DNA from: the human T2T-CHM13v2.0 reference genome, Homo sapiens
Assembly (NCBI RefSeq): GCF_009914755.1
Contig: NC_060946.1
Length of the DNA: 64,000 nt
Reading direction: 5' to 3' (one strand)
This document shows, in pieces, positions 16,132-31,981 of the stretch. The notes under the pieces were generated by a model. It was not told the DNA's origin. It searched no databases and saw only the letters and a list, made by a program, of their open reading frames with translations. Position 1 is the first letter of the stretch. The number at the start of each line of letters is the position of its first letter. The position numbers and the translations under genes were made by a program.

Positions 16132-16349
16132 CAGATGCTCCTCAACTTCAGATGGAACTACATCCACATAAACCCATCTTAAGTTGAAAATATTGTGACT
16201 CGAAAGTACGTTTTTGACTTATGGTATTTTCAACTTACTATGGGCTTACCCAGATGTAGCCCCATCATGAGTCAAGAAGCGTGCAGAATGCATACTGGTT
16301 TTGTAGTTGAAAAATCCTGTAGGTGGAAATTGTCCTAAATCGAAGACTG
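16132..16349. mobile_element. Tigger-derived DNA transposon remnant (MER47/Tigger5-like)
   Basis: Begins TA|CAGATGCTCCTCAACTT and ends CTG|TA. Resembles the recalled MER47 consensus. Confidence 0.6.
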
Positions 16350-16595
16350 TATATCGGAGATCCCCTCAAGTCTCCCTGCCTCCCTGCCACCACCCTGATC
16401 CGAGCTCCTCCTCTCCCTCCAGGTCTCCACCTTGCCGCCCTGCAGTGTGTTCTCCACATACCAGCCAGGGCTAAGATTGGCTCTGTTGGGTGCTACCAGT
16501 TGGCTGAAAGAGAAACCCAGAGGCCCTCAGCTCATTCCATCAATCCAGTTCCAGAGTTCATTGTATGGAGCCCTAGGAAGGACCTGAGGCCTGGG

Positions 16596-16610
16596 CCAGC
16601 AGGAGGCGCT
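16596..16610 (+). promoter_or_regulatory. Candidate CTCF site (CCAGCAGGAGGCGCT) about 2.3 kb upstream of TOP3B
   Basis: One mismatch to the CTCF core consensus. Confidence 0.4.
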
Positions 16611-17392
16611 GAGTGGTCAGCTCTGAAGGCCAGGGCGTCGGGAAGTGTTCTTGGTCAGAGCAGAGAAACTGCAGTTGCCTTGTGCTTTCTTCCCGGAGAG
16701 CCCTGCAGCTGACCCTCTGCCAGAGCTTTGGGTCAGGCTTTCTGACTGACCCTTAGGTTGACAAATGACCCAGATTCAGAGGAACCCTTCAACTTGGAGG
16801 TGTCTCCCTATTGGGACTCCCCCCAACCCCAGCTCCACTCTGACCAGGGAGATGGTGGCCTAGGATCGACTCAGCGAGAGGGGCCGTTCTTCTTTCCCCA
16901 TGGCTGGGGAGAAACTGACTCCCCTAAAGAGTAGCAGCAGACTTGCCTGCAGAGGCCTCCTCTAAGGAGTGTGCAGAGGCCATGAGAGAAACTCAGGTGC
17001 CCAGACACCGCCATGGGACTTCAGGAAGCAGAGCCCTGGGGTGTTTCCACCATGGTCTTGACTTTTCTCCTCTTCCTTACCCTCCTCACTTACTGGGCAG
17101 GTGCCTGGTTATGGTGGATGGGATAACTGAGGGCTCCTGGACCTCTCTTCTCTCTGGTTCGGCATAGGCTGGTCCATGATTTTGATAATACTATTAATAG
17201 TTAACATCATGCAGTGCTTACTTACTCTGTTCTAGGCACTGTTCTGTTACTGACACAATCCTCATTACAACACTAGGAATTAGATATTATTATTATCCTT
17301 ATTTTACACATAAAGAAGCAGGACACATAGGCCAGGCGCGGTGGCTCACGCCTGTGATCCCAGCACTTTGGGAGGCTGAGGCGGGCGGATCA

Positions 17393-17753
<361 letters not shown>

Positions 17754-17793
17754 CTACCGTGCACAGCCTTAAAGATTACTTTTTTTTTTTTGA

Positions 17794-17951
<158 letters not shown>

Positions 17952-20900
17952 TAAATATTTTTTTATTTTTAGTAGAGATGGGTTTCACCATGTTGGCCAG
18001 GATGGTCTTGATTTCTTGACCTTGTGATCCACCTGCCTTGGCCTCCCAAAGTGCTGGGATTACAGGTGTGAGCCACCGCGCCTGGCCAAGATTACTTTTT
18101 GAAGTTTGAATAAAAGGGCAATGAAACCTGCGCTGAAGAACAGGAAATTGACTGGCTGTGTGCTGAGGCCATCCTTCTCCCCTGTCTGGGAGGGGGACTT
18201 CTGTCACTCTGCTGTCCCCAGAAGTGGGTGGAGCTTAAAACGTCACAGAAGCCCAAGTCATTTGCAGGGTACATGGAGAAACAGCTCTTGGCAGCCTCTC
18301 CTATGACCTGAACTCAACATGTCTTTTTTTTTTCTTTGAGACGGAGTCTCGCTCTGTCACCCAGGCTGGAATGCAATGGCGCGACCTCGGCTCACTGCAA
18401 CCTCCCCTCCCGGGTTCAAGCAATTCTCCTACCTCAGCCTCCTGAGTAGCTGGGACTACAGGTGTGCGCCACCACGCCCAGTTAATTTTTTAAATTTTTA
18501 GTAGACATGGGGTTTCACCATGTTGGCCAGGTTGGTCTTGAACTCCTGACCTCGTGATCCGCCCACCTTGGCTTCCCAAAGTGCTGGGATTACAGGCTTG
18601 AGCCACCATGCCAGACATCACCATATCTTTATACTCCTTTCTTCACAAAAGAAACAACTGAAGAACAACCAGAAGGTGCCAGCATATTCTGTGAACACCA
18701 GCAAAAAACCCACGTAAATAAATGGTGGCAAAAGTGAACTCTTTACACAGGAGAAGCTACCTCCCTGCCTCGCCTAAAATGTCAAAGGATATCATAGTGA
18801 CAAACATGAAGCCGATATCCATAATAAATTTTATTTTGCCCAGTGACATAAAAGGCAAGTCAGATTACTGTTGGAATGATGAATTGTGTTGATTTCAATT
18901 CTTTATAATATTTTCTTATTTTAAGAAGAAATTCTTGTAGTGGTAATTTTGGGATATGACTAAATGAATGTGCCTTTCATGTGGAAGAATAAACAAACAA
19001 GAATATTGGGCCAGGCATAATGGCTCATGCCTGGAATCCCAGCACTTTCAGAGGCCAAGGTGAGGGGATCACTTGAGGTCAGGAGTTTGAGACCAGCCTA
19101 ACATAGTGAGACCCTGTCTAAAAAAAAAAAAAAAAAAAAAAGATTAGCTGGGCATGGTGGCATATGCTACTCAGGAGGCTGAAGCGAGAGGGTGGCCTGT
19201 TCCCAGGAGGTTGAGGCTACAGTGAGCTATGATTGCACCACTGCACTCCAGCCTGGATGACAGAGTGAGACCTTGCCTTAAAAAAAAAGTCAAGGAGGAT
19301 GAGGAGAGAATGGGGAGATAAAAATGTTACCAGCTAGTACAAAGCCACAAGAGCCCAAGACAGGCCCATGAGATAGATGGAAATGAGAGAAGGAACATCT
19401 CTGAGAGCTCGCCGCAATAGCCATGTTGGAAAACATCTGTCCACTCATATCTTCCTTTATTCTCACACTCATCCAGTATTTTTTGGGTACCTACTAATTT
19501 CCAGGCATTGTGGATACGATGGTGAATGAAACGGAAAAAAAGTCTGCTCTCTTGGGCCTTACTTTCTAGTGATCTGTGATAATTATCTCAGAAAATGTAT
19601 ATCAAACACACAGCACAGTGTATGACAGTCAACAGTCAAGGGCTGGCCACCACTACTTTGATAATCATGTTGGTTTCATGTTTGCAGTGACCAAGAGTCA
19701 GGGGTTAACTGAAAGACCCAAACACGTATCCATTACTCAGATAACTTTCTCTGTGCTCCAAGCTGACTTTGCCAAATAGTACAAGCAACACCCCTAATGC
19801 TGCAGGGTGCACAGTGTCTCTGTAGTGATGGCATGAGTGGTTTCTGGGGGTGCAGGCGCCACCTGCTTCCTCGGTTGTTTCTGGGGAGCTGGCACATGCT
19901 GCCTTTGTGTGTGGAAGTGGGTGTGGTGCAGGCCGAGGCAGGAGGATGCTTTGGAAGCAGGGAATATCTGGGAAAGCAGTTGATCTGGCCCTGGCCCAGA
20001 GATCCCTACCCACCACAGTCCTGCTTCTACAGGGCAACAGCAGGCAACCCATTCTTTTCCTCTAATCCTACTGAAATGTTTGGCTTTCTCCCTCCCTCCC
20101 TTCTTTTTCCACTCTCCCTCTCCTCTTTCCTGCATTTCCTCTCTTGACTGAGGCCTGCGTGGGGCTTGCTGGTGCATCGTGCACCTACTGCTTCTTCCTA
20201 GGGATCCCCTGGAGATGACTGTCCACTCACCACCAAGATGGGGAAGGACTTATTGAAAAAGACCCACATGACCACCACTCTCCCGAAGATTTTCCATGGA
20301 TCATTTCCCTGAATGCTCCCACCAAGCCTCCCAGCCAGGTTCCTCTGACCACTCTACTTTGCTATGGGAACTCAGAAGTGTCCCTTCTTTTCCAAGAGGG
20401 TTTACTAGATGCCAGGCACTGTTCTCAGCATGTAACCCTTCTAAATAAGTAACTTATTCAACACACACGTAATGGTGTGAGGTAAGGACTATGATTAACT
20501 TTGTGATTCAAAATTCTTAAATTCATAGATGAAGAAACTGAGGCACAAAATAGTGGATGCAAATCACAGTCAGCTCTCCTAACCCCAACCCAGAGGTTGA
20601 GTTTTGACCCTCGGCCTGGACTGCAGGAAACCTTCAAGCAAGCTCTCAAGTGGGTGCAGCAGGAGGAAGGTCTTATGATCTTGGGGAAATTTGGTCCAGA
20701 TACTTCCAGGAGCAAGCATCCTCCCATATCTGACTAAAGAGCAATACTGACTCAGGCAAGAAGAAAGTGAGTGGTCAGGGTAAGGAGGAAAGCGAGGCTG
20801 AGGTCATGGCAGCACCTGTGCCCTGACACTGCTGGAAAGACATGTCACCAGAAGGTACCTACAGGAAGCAATGGGATTTCATTCATGCAATCTGATCTTA

Positions 20901-22665
20901 CGCTCTGATAGTGTCATGTGGAGCAGCTGCAGTTACATGCCTGCGTGGCTGCATCGGAGAGAGGCGCATTGTGTGGATCAGAGGCAATTAGCCAGTCAGG
21001 GTTTGGGGAGGCATCTGATTTTTTCAGCACAGCAAGGAACGGCACAGTACATCGAGCCCCCAGTGCATTTCTCGGTATCTCGATCTTCCTCTACTTGCGC
21101 TTTTCTGTTCCTCTGCCTGGAGGTTTTGCCTCCATTCTAGTCTCTGCTCTAACACAGACCTTGTGTGTACTTTATCGCAAACAGTTCCCTTTCCACCCCT
21201 CAGCAGCGGGCCCCACTCCCTTTGTTTTGCCCTTTCTCAATCTGAAGACGTGTCATTTACCTGCCAGCTTGCTTATCTGCATGGAGCCCATGCTCCACTA
21301 GGGCACGAACTTGGAGTTATTTCTGCTGCATCCTCTGCCCTTGCAAAAGTACCTGTCACCTGGGAGGCACTTAGCAAGTACTTGTTACCTAAATGGACAA
21401 TGTGAAAAATCACCATGCTCCACTCGCAGGCCAGGCTGCTGGAGATGACTGTATGGCCTCTGGACTGGCCCTCTGAGCGTGACCGATACACAGAGGAAGG
21501 TGGGTGCACAAGGACTGTGCTATTCTGTAGGAATCCTATGAGGAATCTGCTGGGCACTATCACAACCTGGAGTCAGGGTAGTTCAGGAGGCGCTGAGGCT
21601 GCTGCAAGATGGCTCATGAGAGCAGGCAAGCTCCCTCGCCTGGATGGAAGCAGCACTCAGCAAGCAAGGCACTGAGGACCCTTCCGCTAAGTGAGGCTTT
21701 CTTACCTATCTCTGGTTCCAGGGTTTACATGGGTGGAACCAGGATGCCTACAACAGAGCTTCAGCAAGGACAGGCAAACAAACAGAAACTGACAAGTGGA
21801 CTAGCAGAATGGACTGAAGGCTGCTCTGTAAACTTCTCCCACCCAGCAGTAATACTCTGGCTTTCTATGGCCCTGTGTGTCAGTTTGGTCCAGGCCTTTC
21901 TATGAAGCCCCTGTACATATCTTGGTCACTCATAAGTTCCCCTGCGTCTGCCTTCTGTCTCCATCTACATCAGCCTTGACTATATTCCACCCACATGGTG
22001 CTGGGGGCCTGGGCCTGTGAACCTCTGACCTGTCCTCTCCTGCCAGACTCAGGCCCAGCTCTCAGCTGCTGCTGTTGCCGGGCCCCTCCCAGGGTGCCTG
22101 ACTCCAGATCTCTGCCACAGATTCAGGACTGGACTCAAAGGTCTCCTCTCTGAGGTGCCTTCCCTGACCTGCTTTGGCAGCCACTCCTGATTCTTCTGAC
22201 TTTGCCCTGTTGTAGGGACTTCCTAAACGGTTGTGACCCATGCTCTCCATGTATGCCCGGTCTGAGGACAGCAGCGCCTGGCCCAAGCACACGCTCGATG
22301 GTGATCAGCTGACTGATGGCCGCGTGCTCTGGGTTTGGTGCCAGGCATGTGCCTCCTTCCAGTCTCCCAACAGCCCCCAGAGCTGTTCAGACCTCCAGTG
22401 CACAGCTCATGTCCAAAGGTGGGGAAGTCAGCTAAGGACCCACTTCATTCTACCCAGAAGCATAAGACAAAGAGAAACTGAGTGAGTGGCCAGAAGAGGG
22501 AGTGTTCGCCAGGGAGGGCTGGACCTCTGGGGTCTCTGGTGATCTGGCGGTAGAGCCACCTGGATAACGTGTGCCGATTGAATGAACAGGTGAAACAGGC
22601 CAGGCTTTCGACTGGGGAAGGGGAGCGAGAGGAATGAAGAAAGCGCCAGATAGTTCCCATGGAAG

Positions 22666-22671
22666 TTTATT
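22666..22671 (-). terminator. Polyadenylation signal AATAAA for PRAMENP
   Basis: TTTATT on the plus strand, about 90 nt downstream of the PRAMENP stop codon. Confidence 0.6.
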
Positions 22672-22762
22672 TTATGTTCCTTGCAAACAACATGTGGCCT
22701 CAGCTGTGATTCCAGCTGCCCTCTCTGACTTCTGTTCCCTGAGCCTGGCTCCTGTTCTTCAT

Positions 22763-23306
22763 TCAAACTGCACCAGCTGCATAAGCAAAGACAGTGGAGG
22801 GGCTCCACTGCATGTCAGCCTGCTGCATGGCTTGCAGCTGCTTCTGTATCTCGGCCTGCAACTGGCACAGCTTGTCCTCGTTCACAGGACCCCGGCAGAC
22901 GCCATGCAGGTAGATGCAGCAGTCAACTGGGATGGGATAGAGTACCTGCTTCAGCTCCATCAGCCCCATGGTGTGCTCCAGCAGGCTCAGGAGGCAGGCA
23001 CTGGAGATGGGGTTGTCGGAGAGGCTCAGGGAACTGAGGTGGGAGCAGCGGCACAGGGCGGGCAGGAGGGCACTGAGGTGGGCATCCTTCAGCCAGCAGT
23101 GTTTCAGGTCTAGGTGCTGCAGTGTCCCTGAGACTGCCTTCAGCAGGGTACCCAAGGGCCCAGGGATCATGTAGGACAAGTCGTTGACGCTCAGATCCAG
23201 CTTCTTCAGGCAGGTGGTATGATGGCTCCGGGACAAGTAGGTGATGTCAGTGTCCAGAAGCTTGCAGTTGCAGATCTCCAGGGAATGTAGTGGGACCCAC
23301 AGACAG
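22763..23306 (-). pseudogene. PRAMENP: PRAMENP last coding exon (leucine-rich repeats; CLWVPLHSLEICNCKLL...AYAAGAV*)
   Basis: ORF 22763..23236 extends open to the acceptor CTCCTCAG| at 23307. No internal stop. Confidence 0.9.
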
Positions 23307-23852
23307 CTGAGGAGAGAAGGGTGGCTCTGTGAGGGGAGGGCCCAGGCACCCCACCCGGAACACCTATTTGTCCATGGAGGAGGCTAGTCCTATGGCCACC
23401 CCCTCATCAGGGAAGCCATTTACCAGCAGGGTCAGGAGCATGTCCTTTGGTGTCCCAAGGCCTGGCTCTCTCTCAACAGACCTACCAGGTCCTCCACGAA
23501 CCCTTCTAACTCTAAGTTTCTCTTCGGTGAAAGGGAGATGCACATTATCCATACCTAATAAGACTGCTGAGAGGAGCCATTTGAAAGCGCTTATCTGATG
23601 AGAAGTAACCATAGGCTGAGGCCATTATTCCTCAGGTTTGGGTTTGGGGAAGCTGCTGCTCAGGCTTCCATTTAAGCCAGGGCTGGGGGTCCTGAATGCC
23701 CTATCTTGAAATTTCTAGGAGACGTGCACAGAGTGGATACTGATTGTCCTTCAGGGCTCTGTACCCACCTGTCTGGGGCAGTATGAGCTCAGAAGAAGAG
23801 GCATAACCTGTGCTGTGTCAGGATCTTTTCTTGGGGACCAGCATAACATTCA

Positions 23853-24185
<333 letters not shown>

Positions 24186-24189
24186 TTAA

Positions 24190-25040
<851 letters not shown>

Positions 25041-25695
25041 TAAAGATGCACTATGCCCAGCTAATTTTTCTTTTTGTTTTTGTTTTGTTTTTGAGATGGA
25101 GTCTTGCTCTGTTGCCCAAGCTGGAGTGCAGTGGTGCAATCTTGGCTCACTATAACCTCCACCTTCTGGGTTCAAGAGATTCTCCTGCCTTAGCCTCCCG
25201 AGCAGCTAGGATTACAGACACATGCCACCATGTCCGGCTAATTTTTGTATTTTTAATAGAGATGGGGTTTCGCCATGTTGGCCAGGCTGGTCTCAAACTC
25301 TTAACCTCAAGTGATCCGCCTGCCTCTGCCTCCCAAAGTGCTGGGATTACAGGCATGAGCCACCGTGCTTGGCCTTAATTTTTGTATATTTATTTGTAGA
25401 AATGGGGTCTCACTTTGTTGCCCAGGCTGGTTTCCAACTTGGCCTCAAGTGAGCTTCCCACTTCAGCCTCCCAAAGTGGATTTTATTTTTTATAGCAACA
25501 TGCATCTTTCCCCATCAAATATGTTTCCAAAGCAGATCCCAGCCATCAGCTGCATCTGAACCCTCAGTTCCCAGGCTGTGCCCACAATTCCATGAGCATC
25601 TAAGAATAAGCCCCATTTCCTGTCTTGTTCCCCTGACCTGACCTCACTTGGGAGTATTCAGAGGACTCTTCCGACGCCCCTGCCTACCCATTCAC

Positions 25696-26325
25696 CTGAG
25701 TATGTAATGTAGTTTGCCTACGAGGTAGGAGTGAGACAGGTGCAGCTTCCGGAGGTGGCCCAGCATGGTGAGCTGGGAGAAGAAGTAGCTGGAGGGCCGC
25801 CTGACCCATGAGGAGAAGGCCCACTTGTAGTAGAAGAGCTTGAGGCTGCGCAGGTTGAAGATCCTTCCCAGCTGTATGGCAGATAGGTTTGGCTCTGCCA
25901 ATACCAAGAAGTCTCTACACCAGTAAAACACCTCCAGCTCCTGGATGAAATCCAGCCTGAGTGTCTTCAGGATCCTCAGCAGACTGTCGACGGCCATCTT
26001 CTCAATGTGCAACTTCCTACAGCAGAGATGCAGGGCCCCGTGGCTCTGTTCCACTTTCGTCAGGAGGTCGGAGAGGAACTTATCTAACTTGAAGAAGCCT
26101 CATAGGAAAAGATCAATGTGTATTTCCACTGCTTCCCATGGCTGCTTTCATCCTTTTTTCATGTTCTTTGCTGGCTTGGGCCTGGCCGTGGCCTGGGGCG
26201 TCTCTGCCTTGACTGCTGATGGTAACCAAAATGGGAACTTGGCCAAGGCTTCAGAAGCCCCTTTACCACAGTAAAAGACTTGCTCAGAGTCCAGGGTGAA
26301 ATCCAGCATCCTCAGTTCTGACTTC
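25696..26325 (-). pseudogene. PRAMENP: PRAMENP middle coding exon (630 nt; contains both nonsense codons)
   Basis: ORFs 26148..26438 and 25692..26054 are in the same frame, joined by *KQPWEAVEIHIDLFL*GFFKLDKFLSDLLTK. Acceptor CCCCGCAG|, donor |GTGAAT. Confidence 0.9.
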
Positions 26326-26684
26326 CTGCGGGGAGAGGGGTGTGATGAGATGCTGGGGAGCCCAGGTAAGATGAGTGGCAGCAGCCCTGGGCTGCTCCCC
26401 AGGCCCCAGCACCAGCCCGCCTCGCCTCTCCTCTGCAATAGGCTTTTCCTCCCTCACTCAGGCTCCTTGTCAGCCCCTATTCCTCATACAGCTTGTACCA
26501 CCACCCCTAGAAAGTAAAAAGCCCTCTCCTTAAAGCCTTCTAGCTGTACCATCAACCACTTAACTCAGAAACATATAGTTTCCCCACTTGTCCCTCTAGC
26601 CAATTTAACGCTCCCCTCCCCTGGACCTCAGCTCACCCTCCTTCTGGCTCTGAACTGAGGTCTTGCTCCCAGCATCCCCCTTAC

Positions 26685-26980
26685 CTGGGACAAGCCCTGT
26701 GGGCAGAAAAGGCCTCCAGCCCATCCACCACAGCTTGCAGGCTGTCTTGGTTGGGCCACTGCACTATCAGAGAGCCCAGATGGAGAAACCGGAAGGGCCA
26801 GGCCTGCACCAAGGCCTTCAGAGCCTTTCTGTGCCCCTTGGCAAATGCAGCAGTGAGTAGTGGCGGGAAAAGGTTCACTGTGAGCTGTTCCAACACCAGT
26901 GGAACTGAAGCCTCATTGCTCAGCAGGCTGTGGGCTGCAAGTTCCAAGAGGCTGAGGGGTGCTGGGTGGTTCACCTCCAT
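26685..26980 (-). pseudogene. PRAMENP: PRAMENP first coding exon (MEVNHPAPLSLLELAAHSLL...HRACPR; BC-box and Cul2-box-like region)
   Basis: ORF 26681..26980. Acceptor CTCCAG|GTCCATG lies 4 nt before the ATG. Donor AG|GTAAGG. Confidence 0.9.
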
Positions 26981-28325
26981 GGACCTGGAGCAGAAGAAGG
27001 TAGAAATCCTCAGAAGACTAATGGCTCAGCATCACTCCCAGGCCAATGTGGGAGATGCAGGCCTTTCGCATCTGTCACAGAACCAAATGCTGGCTCCTCC
27101 CTCCATTCAAGACCAAAACTCCACAATTCAGGTCTTGTAAGCCTGAGACCCTGGAGCCCTAAGACCCTGGGGACATGGGATCCAGAACCTTAGGGGTTTA
27201 GATCTATTCCTTGCTAGGCTGTAGAGGCTTGGAATTGACCCACACTTTCCTCTTCTGCCTTCACCATTAACATCATGAACACCTAACTAAGGACACTGTC
27301 CCAAAACTCCACATCAATTCTCCCAAAGCGTATGTAGATTCTGAGCAGTTCTCATCACTTCCAGTTTTACCAAGCCATTATCTCTTGCCCCCATTACTGC
27401 AGTGGCCTTCTAACTTGTCTCTCTGCTTCTGTCCTTGTGCGCCCTGTGGTCAAAGTCAGATCATGACATTCCTTTGCTCAAAACTCTAGTGGCTTCATTT
27501 TCACTGTGAATACAACCCACCCTGCAGCTGCCCTCAGAGTCTAGCATCCGGGCATCTCAGGGCCCACCTCCTGTCACTCCCCTCACTATTCACTCTGCAC
27601 CAGCAACCTACACTGGACTCCATTTCTCTCCTCAAACACCAGCAACGCCCTGCTTCAGGGCCTTTGCACTTCCTGTTCCCTCTGCCTAGAAGTGTCTTCT
27701 CCCAAATATCCTCATGGCTGGCCCCCTTACTTCATTCAGGTTTCTGTTAAAATTTCACATGAGAGGCCTTCCCTGACCACCCAAGTAGAATAGCACTCCC
27801 ATCCCTTAATTACAGCTTTATCTTTCCTAATCTGATTTACAGCACTTCTTATATCACCAGTTTTCTGTTTCTGTCTCTCTTATACACATACACATACGCA
27901 GACACACACATGCGTGTGCACATAAATGCACACAGTCGTATATTATCTGTCTCCCCTCTGCTAAATTATAAGCTCCATGAAAAAAGGGGCTGTGTCTGCT
28001 TTCATTACTGCTGTAGTCTGAGTGATAAACATAGTTCCTGACATACACCAGACAAGCAGGATATATTTTAAATGCATTTCAAGAGCAAGTTTGCACAATA
28101 CACGCTTACCACAATCCCACTGATGGAGTTGAGGGTAATGTGGAATGGAGGTTTTTTTTCTATGCTCTCACAGAGCATCAGGTTCAGGTTAGTTATGGAT
28201 TCTTTCAACTGCCCAAATTCCTCTTTTTTTTCTGCCCAGTGAAATGCGGGAGTGTAGCCCCATCCCATCACTTTCCACGGTCCACCACAGAGCAGGGCTT
28301 TGTGCAAGGAGGGGGATGTTCTAGA

Positions 28326-28486
28326 CCTGCACTGTCTAATGTGGGAGCCCCAAGCCACATGTGGCTACTGAGTACTTGAAATGTGGCTAGCATGACTAAA
28401 GGACTGAATTTTAAATTAAATTAAATTCTAATTAATTACAATCTAAATAGCTTCATGTAGCCAGATGCTACACTTCTGGACGGCAG
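28326..28486. mobile_element. hAT-Charlie MITE (MER3/MER33-like)
   Basis: AGCCACATGTGGCTA core and quasi-palindromic structure. Confidence 0.6.
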
Positions 28487-28860
28487 AGTTCTAGGATCTA
28501 TGCTAGTCAGAGACAAGAAACATTCATTCACAGTCTCACAAGCTATGAAATCTATTTGTATGAGGCCACTACGGCCTTGGCAACAAACTGGGCAAGGACA
28601 GAGGACAGTATAAGAAAGGACAATTATTGGCCAATCATACATAGGAAGCTATCTAGCAAAGGCTTAAATACTAGCAAATCAAATCAAACGCCTGGCACAC
28701 TAAATCTATAAATATCTCTTACAAATAGTGATCAAGAACGATTGAGCAAGAATGGTTAATGTTAGGTTTATTAATTATTAATGTCAATGCATTTGAGAAA
28801 ATCAAAGAAGAAATAGAAGGCAAGGTTCTGAACCTGATATTTAGTAGTGGTGTTTTATAA

Positions 28861-29064
<204 letters not shown>

Positions 29065-29627
29065 TAGCCAGGATGGTCTTGATCTCCTGACCTCGTGATC
29101 CACCCGCCTTGGCCTCCCAAAGTGTTGGGATTACAGGCGTGAGCCACCGCGCCCAGCCAACATTGCTTTTAAAGTTAGAAACAAGATGAAGACGGTGTGG
29201 CCACCATGAGAGTGTGCCCTGCACCTCCAACTCAGGAAATGCACCTGAACCAAGGGCCCCACCCACTGCCCTTAGGAATCCCTGGCAGCCTTAAGGCCCA
29301 AGTCACACCACCACATGCTGCTCACCAACAATGACTGGGGACAGATCAGTTCCTGGGAGACAATGTGACAGACTAGTTCCTGGGAGACATCACTCCTCTG
29401 ACAACCACCTTTGGCTTCAGGACTCCCTGATAGCTTTGCTAAATCTTCCTGAGTGCACACGTTTCCACCCAACCTTCCCTCCAGTTCTGCTTCACCAAAC
29501 ACAGCGATGTAGGTCAGTGGGGTCTCCATGCCTTCCCGCTCACCCCTCAATGCCCCTCATAGGGGGCTCCCCTAGTAAAAATCCTTGGATGTTTTTCCAT
29601 CTTGGTATCTGCTTCTAGCAGGACTTT

Positions 29628-29976
29628 GATGGAGTTTAGGATGTGCCTTCCCAAAATACAGCAACTTGGCATACTGAATATTTTAAGCTGAAGGAATTTG
29701 AGAAATGGCATGGGCAGGCAGGATTTTCTGACCTTCCCCTGTAGTAGGTATAAGACCCTCCTGTGAGAGGTACTCCCCCTATACAGGAAGGAAAGGCATA
29801 TCCTTATTTCCAAAGATGAACGCTTGCCAAGAGGGATCTGAACACACAGGCCCGCTGTTCCGCCATTTTATTACACTTGGCTCATACTCTCATACTTCTT
29901 TTGTCTTATCATTATTTCTCCATGACTAATCAAAATTTTTTTCTCTCTCTATATATAAACATATATATATAATATA

Positions 29977-30027
<51 letters not shown>

Positions 30028-30880
30028 CAGAGAGAGACAGAGAAAGAAAGAGAGAGGGAAAGAGAGGAGCTGTATCATGGGTATTTTTGTTGATGTCTGA
30101 ATTAGAAACAAGCATGCACACTATCAACATTGTTTGGGAAAGTTGTAGCCGGTGCAGTAAGACACATAACAATAGGGTTGTCTAGGGCAATAAAAAGAGG
30201 CAAACGATTATGTACATAGTGTAGGAAAAAATGGTGTTGCGGCTCAGAATGTCACCCCGAAATACGGAACTTTGAAGGTGTCTCTCTGACTTTTCCCTGC
30301 CTTTCTGTGTGAGAGCTAGTCATAAAGGAATTCTTTGACCTTCCTTTCCTGAAAGTAGGCAGTGAGACCTCCACCCCATGTGACAGGTGTCCTGTCCTAT
30401 TACCAGGAGGAAAGAAATGCTACACAGAGGGGCCAAGAAGAATCTGAATGAACAGGCCTTGCTAAGTTCTCCCCAGCTTATTACCATTAGACCACAGGAT
30501 TTTTGTCCAATCATACTTGTACATGACTGTCCATCCTTCATCAAACCTAAGCATACATATATACAGATAGTCAGGTGCAGTGACATGCACCTGTAATCCC
30601 AGGTACTTGGGAGGCTGAGGCAGGAGGACTGCTTGAGCCCAGGAATTCAAGGCCGGTCTGGGCAATACAGTAAGATCCCAGTCTCTAAAAAAAATTTTAA
30701 ATTAAGAACTACAGTTCTCCCTGGGTCTTTGAGTCTTCATTTCTGAAGGTTCCTGTATCACGCAAAACTTTGATACATTTGTTATGGTGTCCTCTTGTTA
30801 ATCTGCCTTTTTAAAATAGGGGTATCAGCAAAGACCCTTGAGATGGGTGAGGAAAAGCTATGATTTTTTCTCCTCTACAG
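29628..30880 (+). mobile_element. Two MER34/MER39-like LTR fragments (~29628-29925 and ~30235-30880) separated by a microsatellite
   Basis: TG...CCCAAAATA LTR-like starts; the second ends ...CTCTACA. An Alu monomer is inserted at ~30568-30700. Confidence 0.55.
29944..30065. repeat. Compound microsatellite (TA)n(TG)n(GA)n
   Basis: Seen directly in the sequence. Confidence 0.95.
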
Positions 30881-31768
30881 TGGAAAGCAATGGATCCTCT
30901 GTAATGTACCCTTCTGGGTTATCAGATTTGAGTCCTGTTCATTATCTTTGAGCTATTTTTTAACTTTATAAGTTGTAGGTAACTGATAGACATATAAATT
31001 CTGTCTGGTCTGGTAATGATTTTCTCCTAACTTCTACCTGTGGAAAATTTTGTCTCCATCTGAAATTCATCTCAACATCCCTTCATGTCATATAAATATG
31101 TGCTGTCTTAACTCTTCTTTAACATCTGCCTGGTACTTCATATTATATGAGTAAAATAAATTCTTTAATACATGTTCATTTCTATATCTGTATAAAGTCA
31201 CAATTCTACTTTTCTGAAAATTATCTTTTAACAATTGGAAGCTAAAAAGGATAAAATAGGAAACAGTTAATATAATTAATAGGAGTATTTCTGCTGATGT
31301 GACTGCACAAGAGTGCCCAGTATTTCCAGCAAGAACTGAGCTGTAAATGTATAATGGCAGAAGTAATGTAGATGTATGAAATAAACTATTCACTCACTTT
31401 TTTCTGTCATCTAGGGATGACAATAAATGTGAAAACAGTATTAAGAATTAAAAAATTAATGTAATGGAGTAAAATTAATAAATGGAAAGATGTAAATGGA
31501 TGAGGAGAGCAAATATTGAAAAGATATAAATATTGTTATAGTTAGGACATTTTAAATAATGTCTAATTATGACTTTAATCTAGAAGAAATAACAAAAACA
31601 AAACTAAGAGAAGACTATTGAAGAGATACTAATGTGAAATTAATTCAAACTGGCTGGGCGTGGTGGCTCATGCCTGTAATCCAGCACTTTGGGAGGCTGA
31701 GGCGGCTGGATCACCTGAGATCAGTTTGAGACCAGTCTGGCCAACATGGTGAAACCCTGTCTCTACTA

Positions 31769-31981
<213 letters not shown>

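Noticed and set aside
19300-22600. Mostly unique sequence between the TOP3B promoter and PRAMENP with several 80-130 aa ORFs
   Set aside because: No recognisable domain or consistent exon chain. lncRNA exons cannot be excluded without expression data.
26100-26150. Two in-frame TGA codons in PRAMENP as possible selenocysteine or programmed read-through sites
   Set aside because: Neither has the UGA-CUAG read-through context, they do not align to PRAME cysteines, and I could not see a SECIS in the ~90-nt 3' UTR. Ordinary nonsense mutation is the simpler explanation.
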